Notes: generated from the letters alone by a model not told the origin. A DNA stretch of 64,000 nucleotides from Nitrospirales bacterium (GCA_965203295.1 CBDBCZ010000019.1:1024001-1088000); one strand, 5' to 3'. Counted from the first letter of the stretch, positions 21,189 to 32,483 are shown. Translations and numbers: made by a program.

Positions 21189-22712
21189 ATGATGAATGTA
21201 GCCTACCTGCGCCTGGAGAACATCACGAAGTCATTTCCAGGGGTGCTCGCCAACTCTGAGATTAACCTTTCTGTTGAAAAAAGCGAGATCCATGCTCTTC
21301 TGGGTGAAAATGGGGCTGGAAAAAGCACGTTGATGAAGATCTTGTACGGGTATTACCAGCCGGATAGCGGCTCCATTTACATTGAGGGCAATCGGGCTAA
21401 TATCCGGACACCAACAGACGCGATACGATGTGGGATAGGAATGATGTTTCAGAATTTCATGCTCATTTCCGCCTTCTCGGTAACTGAAAACATCGCGTTG
21501 GCCTTGCAGCAGCAAGGCCTGATGATCCAGAGCCAGGAGCTGGCAGTCCGGATTCGCGAGACAGCCGCTTTCTATAAGTTGGCCGTCGACCCCGAGGCCA
21601 AAATCTGGGAACTCTCAATTGGTGAACGGCAGCGAGTGGTAATCCTTCGACTTCTCTTAACCGGCTCACGGATCCTGATCTTCGATGAACCAACCAGCTT
21701 ACTCACGCCTCAAGATGTCGAGGGGTTTTTCGAAGTGGTACGTAAGTTATCGAGCGATGGGTACTGTGTTCTTTTTATCACACATAAATTAAAGGAAGTC
21801 ATGGCCCTCGCTGACCGGATCACCGCACTCCGCAAGGGATCAGTGATACGTACTGTTTCACGCCAGGATGTCACAGAAAGCGATCTTGCCTATATGCTGG
21901 TCGGGAAGTCCACGATTGAGTCAATAGAATCAGAACAGCCCCAGGATCCAGTGGGTCGAGATGTAATGCTCGAATTTCACGATGTGTCGGCACCAGGAGA
22001 ACATGGTCACTCAAGTCTTCAAGGGGTCAGCTTCACACTTCGGGAACGGGAGATTCTCGGGGTGGCCGGTGTCGCGGGCAATGGCCAAACCGAGCTGGGC
22101 GAAGTGGTCTTGGGCTTGCGCCCATGCTCTCAAGGTCACATCGTCCTGCATGGACAGGATCTGACCAATAGGTCGACTGCCAAAATTCTGGAAGCTCCCG
22201 TGGCGTATATTCCAGAAGATCCGCTGCAGACCGGGGTTGCGCCGGGATTGACCGTGCTAGAAAACATGGCTCTCCATAATCGTGACTCGCAGAGAGGGTG
22301 GCGAGGGTTGATCATGGATTGGAAAGAAATCCGCACAAAGACCGAACGCAGCATCCAAGCATTTGGATTGGCGCTTCCCAATCTGGATCGTCTGGTGATT
22401 ACGCTCTCTGGAGGAAACCTTCAGCGGCTCGTTTTCATACGAGAACTGGCCTGTCAACCGCGTCTCACGGTGGCGTTTCACCCGACGTTTGGCCTTGATA
22501 TTGCGGCGACAAAAATGGCCCACAAACTCGTCCTGACGAGTCGCCGCAATGGCTCCGCCGTCTTGCTGATCTCAGAAGATCTGGACGAATTGTTTGCCTT
22601 ATCCGACCGTATCCTGGTTATGCACTCGGGGAGGGTAGCCGGCATTGTTGATCCAAAGATCACCCAGCCGTTTGAGATAGGACTCTTAATGACCGGAGGA
22701 GCCAAGAACTGA
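21189..22712 (+). CDS. ABC transporter ATPase (CUT2/nucleoside type, two NBDs)
   Basis: GENGAGKST, FDEPT, LSGGNLQR, ISEDLDEL. Confidence 0.92.
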   Translation: MMNVAYLRLENITKSFPGVLANSEINLSVEKSEIHALLGENGAGKSTLMKILYGYYQPDSGSIYIEGNRANIRTPTDAIRCGIGMMFQNFMLISAFSVTENIALALQQQGLMIQSQELAVRIRETAAFYKLAVDPEAKIWELSIGERQRVVILRLLLTGSRILIFDEPTSLLTPQDVEGFFEVVRKLSSDGYCVLFITHKLKEVMALADRITALRKGSVIRTVSRQDVTESDLAYMLVGKSTIESIESEQPQDPVGRDVMLEFHDVSAPGEHGHSSLQGVSFTLREREILGVAGVAGNGQTELGEVVLGLRPCSQGHIVLHGQDLTNRSTAKILEAPVAYIPEDPLQTGVAPGLTVLENMALHNRDSQRGWRGLIMDWKEIRTKTERSIQAFGLALPNLDRLVITLSGGNLQRLVFIRELACQPRLTVAFHPTFGLDIAATKMAHKLVLTSRRNGSAVLLISEDLDELFALSDRILVMHSGRVAGIVDPKITQPFEIGLLMTGGAKN

Positions 22713-23749
22713 TGGAAGCGCTCGCTCGGATCAGAACCGGTCGGTTGGGGGATATCCTCCGTATGACCGGCATGATGGCCCTGGCTTTCGTTGCAGTCGG
22801 TTTGCTTCTCCTGTCGTTCGGGAAAAACACCATCGAGGCGTATGTCGAGATTTTTAAAGGGTCATTAGGGAGCACGTACGGTCTCAGTGAAGTCGTCGTC
22901 AAAATGATTCCCCTGATGTTGTGCGCGGTTGCCACGGCCATTCCCGCGCGGATGGGCTTACTCAACGTCTGGGCGGAAGGTCAGCTCCATATTGGCGCGA
23001 TGTGGGCCACATGGGGAGCGCTGACCCTGGGAGATTGGCCCAAAGAAGTTCTCTTGCCCACGCTGGTGCTACTGGGGTTTTTGGGTGGTGCGGCCTTTGC
23101 CTTTATTCCAGCTTTTTTCCGAGTCAAGGCTGGGGTCAATGAAACCATCTGCACGCTCTTGCTGAATTATGTGGCCATTCTCATAGTGGAGCACATGGTT
23201 CACGGCTCGTGGAGAGATCCGATGAGCTTTAATTGGCCATTTACCCGAGAGTTCAGCGATGCCGCACGCTTGGCGTTCTATGGGATTACTAGGATCCACT
23301 CGGGTCTCTGGCTAGCGTTAGGCGCAATTGTTATCTTTTACCTTGCGCTGAAACGGACACGGTGGGGCTATGAATTACGGATTATTGGTGACAACGCCGA
23401 AGCCGCGCGGCGTGCCGGCATTCCGATCAACAGGTACATTATTCTGACCTTGTGTATCGGAGGTGGAATTGCCGGTTTGGCGGGGATGGCAGAGGTGTGT
23501 GCGATCCAGGGAAGACTCCGACCCGGCATCTCAACGGGGTTCGGTTATACGGGATTCCTTGTCAGTTGGCTCGCCCTCCATAATCCACTCAAGATTGTCT
23601 TGATGGCGTTCCTCTTAGGCGTCTTGTCGCTCGGGGGAGATATGGTCCAGATCAGTCTTGAGTTACCCTATGCCATCGTCAACATTCTTATGGCCCTGAT
23701 CTTTTTCATCGTGCTGGGTAGGCTGGCGACTGCTCGAAAGGAGAATTAA
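22712..23749 (+). CDS. ABC permease (nucleoside/BMP type)
   Basis: LLNVWAEGQ, GVNETICTLLLNYVA, GYELRIIGDNAEAARRAGI. Confidence 0.9.
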   Translation: MEALARIRTGRLGDILRMTGMMALAFVAVGLLLLSFGKNTIEAYVEIFKGSLGSTYGLSEVVVKMIPLMLCAVATAIPARMGLLNVWAEGQLHIGAMWATWGALTLGDWPKEVLLPTLVLLGFLGGAAFAFIPAFFRVKAGVNETICTLLLNYVAILIVEHMVHGSWRDPMSFNWPFTREFSDAARLAFYGITRIHSGLWLALGAIVIFYLALKRTRWGYELRIIGDNAEAARRAGIPINRYIILTLCIGGGIAGLAGMAEVCAIQGRLRPGISTGFGYTGFLVSWLALHNPLKIVLMAFLLGVLSLGGDMVQISLELPYAIVNILMALIFFIVLGRLATARKEN

Positions 23750-23753
23750 CGCG

Positions 23754-24669
23754 GTGATTGGAATCGTCGAAAGCATCTTAACTGGTGCCGTTTGGTCCGG
23801 GACTCCGATTCTATATGGCACCCTCGGGGAAATTCTCGTGGAGCGAGCGGGGATCGTGAATCTCGGGGTGGAGGGAAGTATGGTCATGGGGGCCTGTGTC
23901 GCCTTTATCACGACGGCCGAGACCCAGGATCCCGTGCTCGGAGTCATTATGGGAGCGTTGGCTGGGGGGCTCGTTAGTCTCATTCACGCGTTCATGGTGG
24001 TCACGCTCCGTGCCAACCAAATTGCCAGTGGGTTGGCCCTGATGTTTCTCTGTTTAGGGATCACGTCATTTATTGGTCGCCCATACGTCGGCGTTCAGAT
24101 CACGGGCATACAGCCCTTGAATATTCCAGGCCTGTCGGAGATTCCTCTTCTGGGCCGGATCATGTTTGAACATGATGTGTTGGTCTATCTAGCCTACCTG
24201 TCGGCACCTCTGCTGTGGTTGTTTCTGGTTCCACACTCGGTGGGGCCTGTATATCAGGGCCGTCGGGGAAAACAAACTCGTAGCCTTTGCCATGGGCATA
24301 CCGGTGAAGGTTCTTCAGTATGGAGTCATTGGAATCGGCGGGGTATTTTCCGGCCTGGGCGGGGCGCATCTCTCGCTTGCCTATACCCAGAGTTGGGTGG
24401 AAGCCATCACCGCAGGCCGGGGATTTGTGGCTGTGGCTCTGACCATTTTCGCGACGTGGCATCCGTTACGGGGCGTGCTGGGTGCCGTGCTTTTTGGGAC
24501 AGCGTTTACGCTCGGTCTCCAGATTCAGGCCCAGGGGATAAATGTGTCCCCCTATTATCTCCATATGTTGCCGTATGTGTTGACCCTCATCGGCTTGTTA
24601 CTGTGGCAAAAGAGTCGAAAAGGTTCGATGCCAGAAGGGCTGAAATCGGTCTTCAAAGGAGTGGGATAA
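23754..24669 (+). pseudogene. Second ABC permease, frameshifted at ~24230
   Basis: ERAGIVNLGVEG start; C-terminal GRGFVAVAL..MLPYVLT..PEGL in another frame. Confidence 0.85.
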
Positions 24670-24695
24670 CATAAGCCAGGAAAGGAGAACACACG

Positions 24696-25796
24696 ATGAA
24701 ACGGAGCCTAATGGGAATATGCGTCATAGTATGCGCAATGGCGATCTGGACATGCGGAGAGGCACCTGAGGAGCCAACCTCTAAGGAGTCAAGCGAAGAA
24801 TTCAAAGTTGGCTTCATCTATGTGGGACCGAAAGACGACTACGGATATAATTATGAGCACGATCAAGGCCGCCTCGAGGTGGAGAAGCAATTTTCGGATC
24901 TCGAGGTGATGACCAGTGAAAACATTCCGGAAACCGCCGAGGTTGAACGGGTCATGGAGCAAATGATTCAAAAGGGTGCCAAGCTCCTGTTTCCTACTTT
25001 AGACTCGGCCATCAACGTCGGGAAACGACATCCAGACGTCGTGCTCATGCATGCGGGTGGGTTTAAGCACTCCACGAATGTCGGTACCTACTGGTCATAC
25101 ATCTATAACGCCATGTTCCTGTCTGGCATGGCCGCTGGAGAAGTCACTAAGAAAAACGTGTTCGGCTTTGTTGCCGCCCATCCGATTCCGCAGACGCTCC
25201 AGAATATCAATGCGTTTACGTTGGGGGCTCGGATGGTCAATCCAAACGTGACAACCCATGTCATTTATACAGGGGAGTGGTGCAATCCGGGAAAGGCATC
25301 AGAAGCGGCAAATGCCCTCCTTGATCTGGGAGCGGATGTGCTCAGTCAGCATCAGGATTGCCCGAGACCCGTGGTGGAAACGGCCGCCAAACGTGGGGCG
25401 TTTTCTGTTGGCTATCACTCGGGAGATCTTCAAAAGTTCAATGAGAAAGGCTGGATCACTGGGGCTGACTGGAAATGGAGTGAATTGTATGTGGAGATCG
25501 TGAAAGATGTGAAGGCAGGGAAGTCAGACAAGTGGATCAGCAGACACCACCGTACCGGGTTGGAAGGAGGATTTTTAGATATCGCGCCCCTTGGGTCTGC
25601 GGTCCCGAAGGAGACGCAAGACAAGGTTATGATGTGGAGGACAAAGATCGTGGATGGGGAGTACGCCGTGTTTCAAGGCCCGATCGAGGATAACACAGGG
25701 AAAGCGCGTCTTGAGGAAGGTCAAAAGCCGAGTTTCGAATTCATTGAAACGATGGATTGGTATGCTGAGGGTGTGGTCGGAGACGTGCCAAGGTAA
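24696..25796 (+). CDS. BMP-family substrate-binding lipoprotein
   Basis: KVGFIYVGPKDDYGYNYEH, NINAFTLGA, GADVLSQHQD, MDWYAEGV. Confidence 0.9.
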   Translation: MKRSLMGICVIVCAMAIWTCGEAPEEPTSKESSEEFKVGFIYVGPKDDYGYNYEHDQGRLEVEKQFSDLEVMTSENIPETAEVERVMEQMIQKGAKLLFPTLDSAINVGKRHPDVVLMHAGGFKHSTNVGTYWSYIYNAMFLSGMAAGEVTKKNVFGFVAAHPIPQTLQNINAFTLGARMVNPNVTTHVIYTGEWCNPGKASEAANALLDLGADVLSQHQDCPRPVVETAAKRGAFSVGYHSGDLQKFNEKGWITGADWKWSELYVEIVKDVKAGKSDKWISRHHRTGLEGGFLDIAPLGSAVPKETQDKVMMWRTKIVDGEYAVFQGPIEDNTGKARLEEGQKPSFEFIETMDWYAEGVVGDVPR

Positions 25797-25819
25797 GGGA
25801 AAAGCGAGGAGGTTGCACG

Positions 25820-26312
25820 ATGGGCTTAACCGTAAAGGCAGATCCTTATGAATGGCCCTATGATGGGAACATAGAGCCGAAGCACACCGTACTGATCGTG
25901 ATCGACATGCAGCACGATTTTTGTGGAGGGGGAGGGTATGTTGACAAAATGGGGTATGATCTCTTCCTCACCGTACGGGCGATTGAGCCAATCAAACACG
26001 TTCTTGAAGCGGTCCGAAAAATTTCTGGATTCACAGTCATCCACATGCGTGAAGGACACCGAACGGATTTAGCGGATTGCCCACCAAACAAGCTCTGGCG
26101 GAGCAAAGAAATTGGGGCAGGTATCGGTGATCTTGGACCGAAGGGACGAATCTTGGTCCGCGGAGAACCGGGATGGGACATTATTGAAGAACTACGCCCT
26201 GCTCCAGGCGAGCTGAAAGGCCGCCATTAAAATGATCAAGATGCAAGGAGGGGTATTTGGCTCTGTGTCGAATTCCCAAGACTTCATGAAGGCCGTTCAG
26301 CAGTTGACGTAA
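25820..26312 (+). pseudogene. biuH: Biuret hydrolase-like cysteine hydrolase with internal deletion
   Basis: ADPYEWPYDG, IDMQHDFCG-GGYVDKMGYDL, NKLWRS; jumps from ELRPAPGE to AAIKMIKMQGGVFGSVSNS, losing the DKPGK and TTDVC catalytic segments. Confidence 0.8.
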
Positions 26313-26370
26313 TGGGAAAGGGGGCTAGCTCAGGCTAGCTCAACCTGACCCCTATACCAATTATCTCCCA

Positions 26371-26430
26371 CCCCATAGGGCCTTTTTCTATGGGCTTTGC
26401 CCTATAGAAAAAGGCCAGTCCATTTTTTTT
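26371..26430. terminator. Bidirectional hairpin between converging genes
   Basis: GGCCTTTTTCTAT...ATAGAAAAAGGCC inverted repeat. Confidence 0.6.
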
Positions 26431-26432
26431 AT

Positions 26433-26891
26433 TTATGTGGATTTCCTCAGATCAGTGGTGCAGTGTCCACAACGAAGAGCTTTTATGGGAATGGTGGAAA
26501 TACAATGTGGACATTCCTTCGTGGTGGGTTTAGCGGGAGGCGCCTCTTCTTCACGCTTCATTTTGTTTATACCCCTAATGACCATGAAAAGAGCAAAGAC
26601 TACGATAATAAAGCTGATGATATTATTAATGAAAATCCCTTAATTAATCGTGACGGCTCCTGCTGCCTTTGCATCTGCAAGGGAAAGCATAGGGGCAGCC
26701 GCCTGTCCTTCTTTTAAGACGATAAAAAGGTTGGCAAAATCTACATCTCCCAGTAATAAACCGATAGGAGGCATAAGCACGTCGGAAATCAGAGATTTGA
26801 TGATGGTTCCAAATGCCGCACCAATCACAATACCGACAGCCATATCGACCACGTTGCCACGCATGGCAAATTCTTTAAATTCTTTAAACAT
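26433..26891 (-). pseudogene. mscL: MscL with C-terminal Cys4 ribbon, in-frame TAA
   Basis: [28 protein letters not shown] at 26640; tail KECPHC..RCGHCT. Confidence 0.9.
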
Positions 26892-27049
26892 CGAAGCCTC
26901 CTTTTAAGTGCAGGGGATGTTCTAATTAGCTGATGAATTAAGTCAAAAATGAATCTGTTCGGCGTCTAAGTATTCTGCAAATGATGAAAACCTATTTTCC
27001 CCATTTGAGAGTTGTAACCTTTGTTTTTTGGTCTAATTTGAACTTTTTA

Positions 27050-27088
27050 AAAAGGCCCCTGAGGCAATCCGTGCCTGAGGGGCTTTTC
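27050..27088. terminator. Hairpin terminator downstream of the 27163 ORF
   Basis: AAAAAGGCCCCT-GAGGCA...TGCCT-GAGGGGCTTTT. Confidence 0.55.
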
Positions 27089-27162
27089 CGTGGCTTCTTT
27101 GACGATTAGATTCCCTCCTCTAGGCGGCGCCATTGAGCCACCAGAATGAAAGAACCAATACG

Positions 27163-28071
27163 CTAGTTTTGAGATTTTCTTTCGGCTTGCTCTAATTTAC
27201 CTTCTTCGAAAAGCTTATCGTAATCCCACAGGAAAAACCAATCATCACTCTTTGCCTTAAAAGAAGATGATGGCTCAGCATCAATCTCTTTAACAGGAAA
27301 TGCTGGCTCCGTGGCCTTAACGGATAGAGGCTTAACACTGTGGGGAGCATTGGTTTCACAAATAACAGATTTCCATACCATCCGACCTGGCGATTTTAAT
27401 ACGGTTCTTTCAACAGTCTGATAGGTAGCAGGGATGGGAATTCTTTTCTCTTGCGCAGGTTTAACCAGCTTTTCAACTTTAACTGTTTTATATTCTGCCG
27501 GCACTTGGATCAGTTTTTTTGTGGCTGGGGTTTTCACGACTGTGGTCGTAATGGTTTTGTATTCAGCCGGGACTTCAATTAAACACATGATTTCTCCAGT
27601 AAAATTATCGACTTTTTCAACCAGCCCTCGGCCTTTCTTCCAGCGGGTATTGGCTGGTTTGACCAGTATTTGTTCTGGAACGGTTTCATGCACGGCAGGA
27701 ATGACTTCTTCACGTTCGTAGGCCTCTCGGACTAAGACTTTTTCTTCAATCCAGGTATATTCTGCTGGAATGATTTCAATTCGTTCAGAGGCTTGCCTGG
27801 CAAGTCTTTTTTCCGTCTCTGTCCCATAAACCGGTGCTTCCCAAACACGTACATAACATTTCCCTGGGACCCCCTGTGGAGGGAGGGATGAATCTCCCGC
27901 AGGGATAACTTCAACGGATGACGAGGGAGATGCCCCTTCTACAGTCGAAAAAGAGGGCCCATCCAGTCGTGGTTGCGGTGGAAGTGATTGGGCTTGGGAT
28001 AATCCATTGATCCCTATGCCCACTAAAAATAAAGTGAAACTAACAGTTAAAGTTTGTGTTGAATACTTCAT
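27163..28071 (-). CDS. Secreted protein with repeated (V/I)PA(E/V/T)Y-x-T-V motifs
   Basis: GGAGGA RBS, signal peptide, repeats IIPAEY, EVPAEYKT, QVPAEYKTV, PIPATYQTV; three Cys. Confidence 0.8.
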   Translation of the reverse strand: MKYSTQTLTVSFTLFLVGIGINGLSQAQSLPPQPRLDGPSFSTVEGASPSSSVEVIPAGDSSLPPQGVPGKCYVRVWEAPVYGTETEKRLARQASERIEIIPAEYTWIEEKVLVREAYEREEVIPAVHETVPEQILVKPANTRWKKGRGLVEKVDNFTGEIMCLIEVPAEYKTITTTVVKTPATKKLIQVPAEYKTVKVEKLVKPAQEKRIPIPATYQTVERTVLKSPGRMVWKSVICETNAPHSVKPLSVKATEPAFPVKEIDAEPSSSFKAKSDDWFFLWDYDKLFEEGKLEQAERKSQN

Positions 28072-28251
28072 GTTATTCCTCCTCCGGTTAACCCCCCTGA
28101 AGATGATGGTTCACATGAATGGGCATTCGAAGAAGTTCCCCCCTCAAGGCCCCCTTCAATACCCCAGATCTCATGCTTACGCGTTCTCCAAGGGGTGAAA
28201 ATAAATAAACATCAATAAGGTAATATTCACGAACGTGGTAATTTACTTTTT

Positions 28252-28719
28252 CTATTTTTCGCAAAAACTGCGTTCATACGCGATTACCTTCCAGGCTTCC
28301 TCTTCTGTGATGGCGCTGGGAATTAATGGAACCATCCCAGTTCCTGGGCTCCTGTTTTTGATAACCCAAAATAATTCTCCATCTTTTCGTTTTTTATGAA
28401 ATTTACAATTCGTAAAGTTTCGAGGTCCGGGGTTGAGCACTTTTCCGGCAGCTCCATCACCTTTTCCAGACTTCCCATGGCAATTAAAACATGTGCCTTT
28501 CCCTTCAAAAATTTTTCTCCCTTCCTCCACAATTTTGGCCGAGGCCTTTTTGGAGTTTTTATAAAATGGAGATTTCAGTTTTTTTGCCGCTCCTCGTTGT
28601 TCCTTTGGTACGCGAGGCTTTAACGGATCCCGCTCAGCTCCAGCCAGCACCAGGTTTCCGGAAAGAAAGACCAGCATTGCAACTAGGCAGGTAATTTTGA
28701 ACATGTGCTTCATTTCCAC
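28252..28719 (-). CDS. Cytochrome c, close paralog of 11424..11906
   Basis: GKGTCFNCHGKSGKGDG..NCKFHKKRKDGELFW..PGTGMVPLIPSAITEEEAWKVIAYERSFC nearly identical. Confidence 0.92.
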   Translation of the reverse strand: MEMKHMFKITCLVAMLVFLSGNLVLAGAERDPLKPRVPKEQRGAAKKLKSPFYKNSKKASAKIVEEGRKIFEGKGTCFNCHGKSGKGDGAAGKVLNPGPRNFTNCKFHKKRKDGELFWVIKNRSPGTGMVPLIPSAITEEEAWKVIAYERSFCEK

Positions 28720-29249
28720 TTCCTCTTTGGAACGTTTTAGACAAAGCGCTTACAGGTTTAGCATGAGTAAATGCAGTGCCATAAATATGAACCAAGTAAT
28801 TATCGATATCCGTCAATGACTTAGAAATAAACTGGTAAGGAGTTCCTGGAAATTCAAGGAAACTTTTGTTCACTTGAATGTTTCAAAGGTCGGTTTGGTT
28901 GTGTCAGATGATACAAACTGAAACACACAACAAAAGAAAGGGGTCATTAAGATAGACTTAACATGGTATTGAATATAGAAATATCAAACTGAATATTTTG
29001 AAGAGCAGTTTGTCGAAGGGAGGAATTGGGTTTGTTTTAAAAAAAGATAAATGTGGGGGAAAGGAGAGTTTCTAAATTTTGATTTCCTGCCAAAGTTTTC
29101 TAAAGGAGAGAGAATCCATGGTGAAGGCCAACAAAGTAATAATTGAGAGACGGGAAGCGATAGCAATAAACCCACTGCGAATATTTAGGGGATAGTGGTA
29201 GCCGATTTTTACAAAGTACTGTCATCGAGTTTTCTAAGATAAACACTTT

Positions 29250-29866
29250 TTACCGAGATTGAAATTCTATGACTCCAAAATAACTTTCAGCCTGAGATCG
29301 TGTATGGTCTGAGTCAATCATCAGTGAGATTCCCCCAACCTGGGGTGGATCTTCACCAAAGATCTCCCTGTAATCCTGCAAGACATTCCTATTTTCATTT
29401 AACCATTGACCCAAATGATTATTTCCCCCTCGTACGACGACATAATGAACTTGTCCATTATTACGGCTTTGTAGGATGGATCCGATGGGCACTGCATTTT
29501 CCCATATATACCCGATCACATGGCTGTTGAGGAATGCTGGGAACCTAGGGAAAATGACATATTTAGGATGGGATGCTGTGCCAGATCAAAATTTAATTCC
29601 TTGTAAATTGAAAAGCTAGCTTCACGGCTCCGTAAATGGAGAACTTTTTTCCGGTTTTCTTCAATAAGAGCAAAGTCTGAAGAGCCTTCCCAGATTTTGA
29701 CAGTCCAGTCTTGGTTTAAATGATGCAAGTTTGGTTGTTTGGAATCTTTGGAAAAGGTACTTATGAGAATAGTGTGCTGGTGCGCTTCTCCTGTGGAGAT
29801 GGAGAACGTCCCCAGAAAAAGGATCATAAGGCAGAATACGACCCGCTCGAATACACTCCTTTTCAT
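29250..29866 (-). pseudogene. DUF3047-family secreted protein, split/internally deleted
   Basis: N-part ..DLAQHPIL; C-part IGYIW..GQWLNENRNVLQDYREIFGEDPP..MIDSDHT. Confidence 0.75.
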
Positions 29867-30269
29867 AGCTCGATCCTCCCATGAGTTATCTAGGCTCATC
29901 GAAAACAGAGAACTGATTCTCCAGTTATCTGTACAATGTTGGTGCCAAAATTTGATCTTGAAAAAATTTCTTTAAATTCATGCAGTTAGTCAATTTTGAC
30001 ATCTGAGGCTGTGGCATTCCTGCGTTATCTGACACACCTCGCGTGTCTCATTATTGTGCCAGGTGATACGGGCAGGATATCGACAGGGGCCTTACAATAA
30101 TCTTTCAATTATTTTCGGATGGAATTGGGATCTCACAATCAGGGAATGGTTTTTTGGGTTGAGCTCATCCTATACTGAATCTGAAGAGGTTAGGATTTTG
30201 AATTTGGACCTGAGTAACTTAAGAGAATGTTTAGAAGGTTTGCCGAAAAGGCCGTTAGAGAATGGGTGA

Positions 30270-32112
30270 AAAATCGAGTCTAGCTACTCAATTGGTGGGT
30301 TTGCCAACCCTGTTTATGCTTACCCTTGCCGGAATTCTGGCCTATACCTTATTTAGGCATTAACAAACAAAAAGATGATGCGGTGATAATTGATCTCGCT
30401 GGGCGAACAAGAACGCTCATTCAAAAAAACTTAAACGATGTTTTATTAATTTCCCAGGGGTCAAATCCCGAACAGGCTGCCACCAGAAAAATCTTGCGGG
30501 AAACCATAGACACATTGATTCATGGGGGTCGGATTGTGTTGAACCAAGGGACGGGGGAGTCGATCTTAATTCAAGGAGCCCCAACCCCAGAAATTAAAGG
30601 GCGGCTGGAAAAACAAAAGATTCTGTTAGCGACCTATGTTCAGAAAGCTGATACGTTTTTGGAAATTTCTAAAGATGATCCGATTTGGCCTGCGAAGTTC
30701 CAGGAACTCCTGGGTTTGCACACGGTCTTCCTCAATGGCGCGGATGAAACCGTAAAACTCCTGCGAGATTATTCCCATTCGAAAATGGCGAACACCCTTA
30801 AATGGGAAATCGGCATTGAGTTTGTCGTGGGAATCTTTATCGTCCTCATGACAAGGAAATTATTGGTAGCCAATCGTTATGTCCATGCGGAAATGGCCGA
30901 GCGGATCCGAGCGGAAAAAGAATTAAGGGAAAGTGAGGAACGGTATGATATCGCTGTCAAAGGATCCAACGATGGGCTGTGGGATTGGGACATTGCATCT
31001 AATCAGGTCTACTATTCCCCACGGTTCAAAGAGTTGTTGGGATACCAAGACCATGAAATAGACAATGTCTTTTCAGGTTTTGAGTCAAGGTTGTCCCCTG
31101 ATGATTATGAACGGGTTATGGAAGCTATTCGTGCTCATTTAAAAGAAGGAGTTCCCTACGATATCGAGTACCGATTAAAAATAAAATCAAGTGAATACCG
31201 CTGGTTTCATGCCCGCGGACAGGCGGTGTGGGGCACAGACAAACAACTCATACGGATGGCGGGTTCGCTCCGCGATATTACAGGACGAAAAAAGGAACAG
31301 GACGAATTGCACGAAGCCAAACAAGACGCCGAAGTGGCCAATAAGGCAAAAAGTCAATTTCTGGCTAATATGAGTCATGAATTACGAACACCTCTTAATG
31401 CCGTCATCGGATACAGCGAGTTGCTCCAAGAAGAAGCATCCGATCAGGGCCATACGAAATATATTCCGGATCTCCAGAAAATCGCGCTGTCAGGGAAACA
31501 TCTGCTGACGGTTATCAACGACATCTTGGATCTGTCCAAGATTGAAGCGGGGAAAATGGGAGTTCATCCGGAGACCTTTCAGGTTGCCCACTTAGTCAAT
31601 GACGTAAGGACGATCATCAAGCCGCTCGTTGAAAAAAATGTCAATGTCTTGAATGTTGATTGTGGAGACAACTTAGAGGAGATTTATTCCGATTCAACTA
31701 AAATTCGGCAGGGCCTCTATAATCTGCTTAGCAATGCATGTAAATTCACCAGTCATGGAACTATTGAACTCGTCGTTACTCGGGAACAAGTGGAGTCACA
31801 GGAATGGATTTCCTTCCGCGTGACGGACACGGGAATTGGCATGACCGAGCAACAGTTAAACACGATCTTTGAACCGTTTTCCCAAGGAGACCCTTCCAGC
31901 ACCCGCAAGACGGAGGGACGGGACTGGGCTTGGCCATTACTCAAAAAATCTCTCATTTGCTCGGTGGACATGTCCATGTCACAAGCAAAAAGGAAAGGGG
32001 GTCCTCTTTTGTCATGACCATTCCCACGCATTGGTCAGAAACGCTTATAATCCCTGGCGGTTCAGGTTCTGAGCTGCCAGTCAACCAGAAAGGGAACTCG
32101 ACCAAGGCATGA
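30270..32112 (+). pseudogene. Sensor histidine kinase (PilJ/NarX-like, PAS, HisKA, HATPase), frameshifted at both ends
   Basis: [51 protein letters not shown]2 box GTGLG out of frame ~31910; TM1 out of frame. Confidence 0.85.
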
Positions 32113-32483
32113 CAAAGATTTTGCTCGTTGAGGATAACGAATTAAATCGTGACATGCTGTCTCGCCGGCTAGAACGAAGGGGCTTCCAGGTGATTGTGGC
32201 AGAGGACGGCAAGGTCGGCGTGGAATTGACCAGAAGAGAAAAACCGGACTTAGTTCTTATGGACATGAACGTGCCGAAAATAGATGGTTGGAATGCGACT
32301 AAAACCATTAAACAAGATGATCAAATTCGATGTATCCCCGTGATTGCTCTAATTTCTCATGCTATGGCGGGATATAAGGAGAGGGCTTTGAAAGCCGGAT
32401 GTGATGAATATGAATCTAAACCCATCGACTTTTCCAGGCTTCTGAGCAAAATATACCAGCTTTTACCCAACCAACCTAAATGA
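32109..32483 (+). CDS. Single-domain response regulator
   Basis: ILLVEDN, PDLVLMDM, GCDEYESKPI. Confidence 0.9.
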   Translation: MTKILLVEDNELNRDMLSRRLERRGFQVIVAEDGKVGVELTRREKPDLVLMDMNVPKIDGWNATKTIKQDDQIRCIPVIALISHAMAGYKERALKAGCDEYESKPIDFSRLLSKIYQLLPNQPK

